DNA of 64,000 nt from assembly GCA_965202585.1 (NCBI GenBank), contig OZ241832.1:36394001-36458000 (forward strand), in the 5' to 3' direction. The translations under genes were made by a program, and so were the position numbers. Shown here in pieces: positions 62,801 to 64,000 of this stretch. The DNA is from Thalia democratica (taxonomy: Eukaryota). The notes beneath the pieces are model-generated. The model did no database searches. It saw only the letters and a program-made list of their open reading frames with translations, and was not told the origin of the DNA. The first letter of the stretch is position 1. The number at the start of each line of letters is the position of its first letter.

Positions 62801-63287
62801 CATTTGGACAGCAGTGGACACCATCAGCACAACACACAGCGTTTGCTTGAGGACAGCAACCATATCTCCCATCAGGCAGCTTACAGCAAGTTTCACCAAA
62901 TGGACATGATGAACCATCTCCGCAAAAAACAGATTCAACAGAAAGTTTTGGTTGGTTCATAGCTGGATGTTTTACAGACAAAGACACTGAACCTCCTTGC
63001 TTTGTGCACCTTCCATCAGCTACATCGCAAGTGTATCCGTTTGGACAACAATGAACGTGATCATCACAGCACACAGCGTTTGCTTGAGGACAGCAACCAA
63101 AAAGACCATTTGGAAGTTTGCAACAAGTTGAACCAGACGGGCAAGTAGAACCGTCTCCACACTGAACTGTGCTGTAAGCACTTGGCTTTTTCATTTGGAT
63201 AACTTCATTTGAGTTTGATGATTGAACATGAAACGAACAGACTGATGAGACCAAAATGACTAAAAGGCTGACTAAGATTAATCTCAT
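59808..63287 (-). CDS. GRN: Progranulin, single coding exon, 1159 aa, 14 complete granulin domains
   Basis: Signal peptide MRLILVSLLVILVSSVCS from ATG 63287 (the ORF-track start at 63359 lies upstream of an acceptor tttttcag at 63320-63321); 14 copies of the 12-Cys granulin motif C-x5-C-x5-CC-x8-CC-x6-CC-x5-CC-x5-C-x6-C; stop at 59808. Confidence 0.95.
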   Translation of the reverse strand: MRLILVSLLVILVSSVCSFHVQSSNSNEVIQMKKPSAYSTVQCGDGSTCPSGSTCCKLPNGLFGCCPQANAVCCDDHVHCCPNGYTCDVADGRCTKQGGSVSLSVKHPAMNQPKLSVESVFCGDGSSCPFGETCCKLPDGRYGCCPQANAVCCADGVHCCPNGYTCDVSNGHCTKGNDVVSLLAKHPAMNQPKLSVESVFCGDGSSCPFGETCCKLPDGRYGCCPQANAVCCADGVHCCPNGYTCDVSNGHCTKGSDVVSLLVKHPAMNQPKLYFEAESVDCGDGSSCPTGTTCCKMADGRYGCCPQPNAVCCDDHIHCCPNGYTCDVADGRCTKGNDVMSLLVKQPAMNQPKLSFDVESVDCGDGSSCPTGTTCCKMADGRYGCCPQPNAVCCDDHIHCCPNGYTCDVADGRCTKGNDVMSLLVKQPAMNQPKLSFDVESVDCGDGSSCPTGTTCCKMADGRYGCCPQPNAVCCDDHIHCCPNGYTCDVADGRCTKGNDVMSLLVKQPAMNQPKLSFDVESVDCGDGSSCPTGTTCCKMADGRYGCCPQPNAVCCDDHIHCCPNGYTCDVADGRCTKGEDVMSLLVKQPAMNQPKLSFDVESVDCGDGSSCPTGTTCCKMADGRYGCCPQPNAVCCDDHIHCCPNGYTCDVADGRCTKGNDVMSLLVKQPAMNQPKLSFDVESVDCGDGSSCPTGTTCCKMADGRYGCCPQPNAVCCDDHIHCCPNGYTCDVADGRCTKGNDVMSLLVKQPAMNQPKLSFDVESVDCGDGSSCPTGTTCCKMADGRYGCCPQPNAVCCDDHIHCCPNGYTCDVADGRCTKGEDVMSLLVKQPAMNQPKLSFDVESVDCGDGSSCPTGTTCCKMADGRYGCCPQPNAVCCDDHIHCCPNGYTCDVADGRCTKGNDVMSLLVKQPAMNQPKLYFDVESVDCGDGSSCPTGTTCCKMADGRYGCCPQPNAVCCDDHIHCCPNGYTCDVADGRCTKGNDVMSLLVKQPAMNQPKLSFDVESVDCGDGSSCPTGTTCCKMADGRYGCCPQPNAVCCDDHIHCCPNGYTCDVADGRCTKGNDVMSLLVKQPAMNQPKLSFDVESVDCGDGSSCPTGTTCCKMADGRYGCCPQPNAVCCDDHIHCCPNGYTCDVADGRCTKGNEVMSLLVKIPAY
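59820..63150. repeat. Coding tandem array, 243-bp period (237 bp for the first two units)
   Basis: 81-aa units (79 aa for units 1-2); units 4-14 differ almost only at synonymous sites. Confidence 0.95.
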
Positions 63288-63835
63288 GCCTATTTTTAGA
63301 AATTTTACACAAATTAAATCTGAAAAAGTAAGTAAAGCCTTAAAATAATTAACAAACAAAATCAGCTCAAGCTCTAAACAGTTAAATAAATATTATAAAT
63401 ATACTTAAAAGCTTTTCAATAACTAGGGATGCCACACTTTCAGTCAAAAAAAACTGTTCTGAATGACAAATAACTGTCCTTAGTAATCCTGAATTCTTTA
63501 AACCTTTTTAGAAAAATTTTAAATACTTTTTTATTAATTAAATAAACATTTTAAAATTTAAGTTTTTTTACAAAATGGTTATAAGTAAAGTATAGAAACT
63601 GGAACACCTAAATTTCATTCAAGATCTAGAAAAAAAACAGGACTGAAGTTTTCAGTTAAAAACTCTTTCAATTGTCCAGAGCTTTTTCTACAAAAACCAA
63701 ACTAGCCCAAGTCATCTTGAGTTTTTCAAAAATATTTAAAGTGTCTTGAGTATACTGAGTATCGAGAGCATGTTACGACCCTAGTTGACCTACTAAACTT
63801 ATCAAAACATTAACAAAACAAATAAGAAAAAATAC

Positions 63836-63917
63836 TACAGTGCTTATTCACTTATCCGGACACGTCGGGCAAGATTTTTATGTAAACATGTCCAGATAAC
63901 CTAAATTCCGGATAAGT
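63836..63917. mobile_element. Tc1/pogo-like MITE remnant
   Basis: tacagtgcttattcacttatccggac... with inverted tccggataagt at 63907-63917; TA|CAGT start typical of this superfamily. Confidence 0.4.
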
Positions 63918-64000
63918 AAAAAAATCAATCTTTTCATATAATAACATAACTGCTGCATATAATTCAATGCATGATACAAGTGTTATGGTAAAAACAATTA

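Noticed and set aside
62498-62962. Overlapping alternative-frame and antisense ORFs in the granulin array
   Set aside because: Shadow frames of the Cys-rich repeat; short and repeated with the same period.
63288-63359. ORF-track N-terminal extension of progranulin (MFVNYF...)
   Set aside because: It spans a strong splice acceptor at 63320-63321 and precedes a textbook signal peptide starting at 63287.

Overview
AT-rich, intron-rich animal (invertebrate metazoan) genomic DNA; the species cannot be determined from the sequence. I assembled four minus-strand protein-coding genes by hand from splice sites and reading-frame phase; every intron is canonical GT-AG. (1) The 5' part of a FRAS1 orthologue: 49 coding exons at 516-36072, about 2415 aa, with signal peptide, 6 VWC, about 13-14 furin-like Cys repeats and 11 CSPG repeats; it continues past the left edge. 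(2) An intact but divergent 14-exon SLC22-family transporter (42957-52178, 544 aa) that the ORF track shows only as scraps. (3) A 2-exon prefoldin subunit 4 (58740-59372). (4) A progranulin whose whole CDS is one exon encoding 14 tandem granulin domains, 11 of them nearly identical (59808-63287). Intergenic and intronic DNA holds MITEs/hAT remnants and a decayed Penelope-like GIY-YIG fragment. Most unusual signals: extreme exon-scale GC3 mosaicism (PFDN4 exon 2 is 98% GC3 versus 36% in exon 1, in roughly 15-27% GC flanks; consecutive FRAS1 exons swing 33/80/39%); the intronless homogenised granulin polyprotein; a possible progranulin-PFDN4 operon with splice acceptors 32-44 nt upstream of three start codons (possible SL trans-splicing); and furin sites next to a Tyr/Asp-rich insert in FRAS1. 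All counts were done by hand and no database searches were run.
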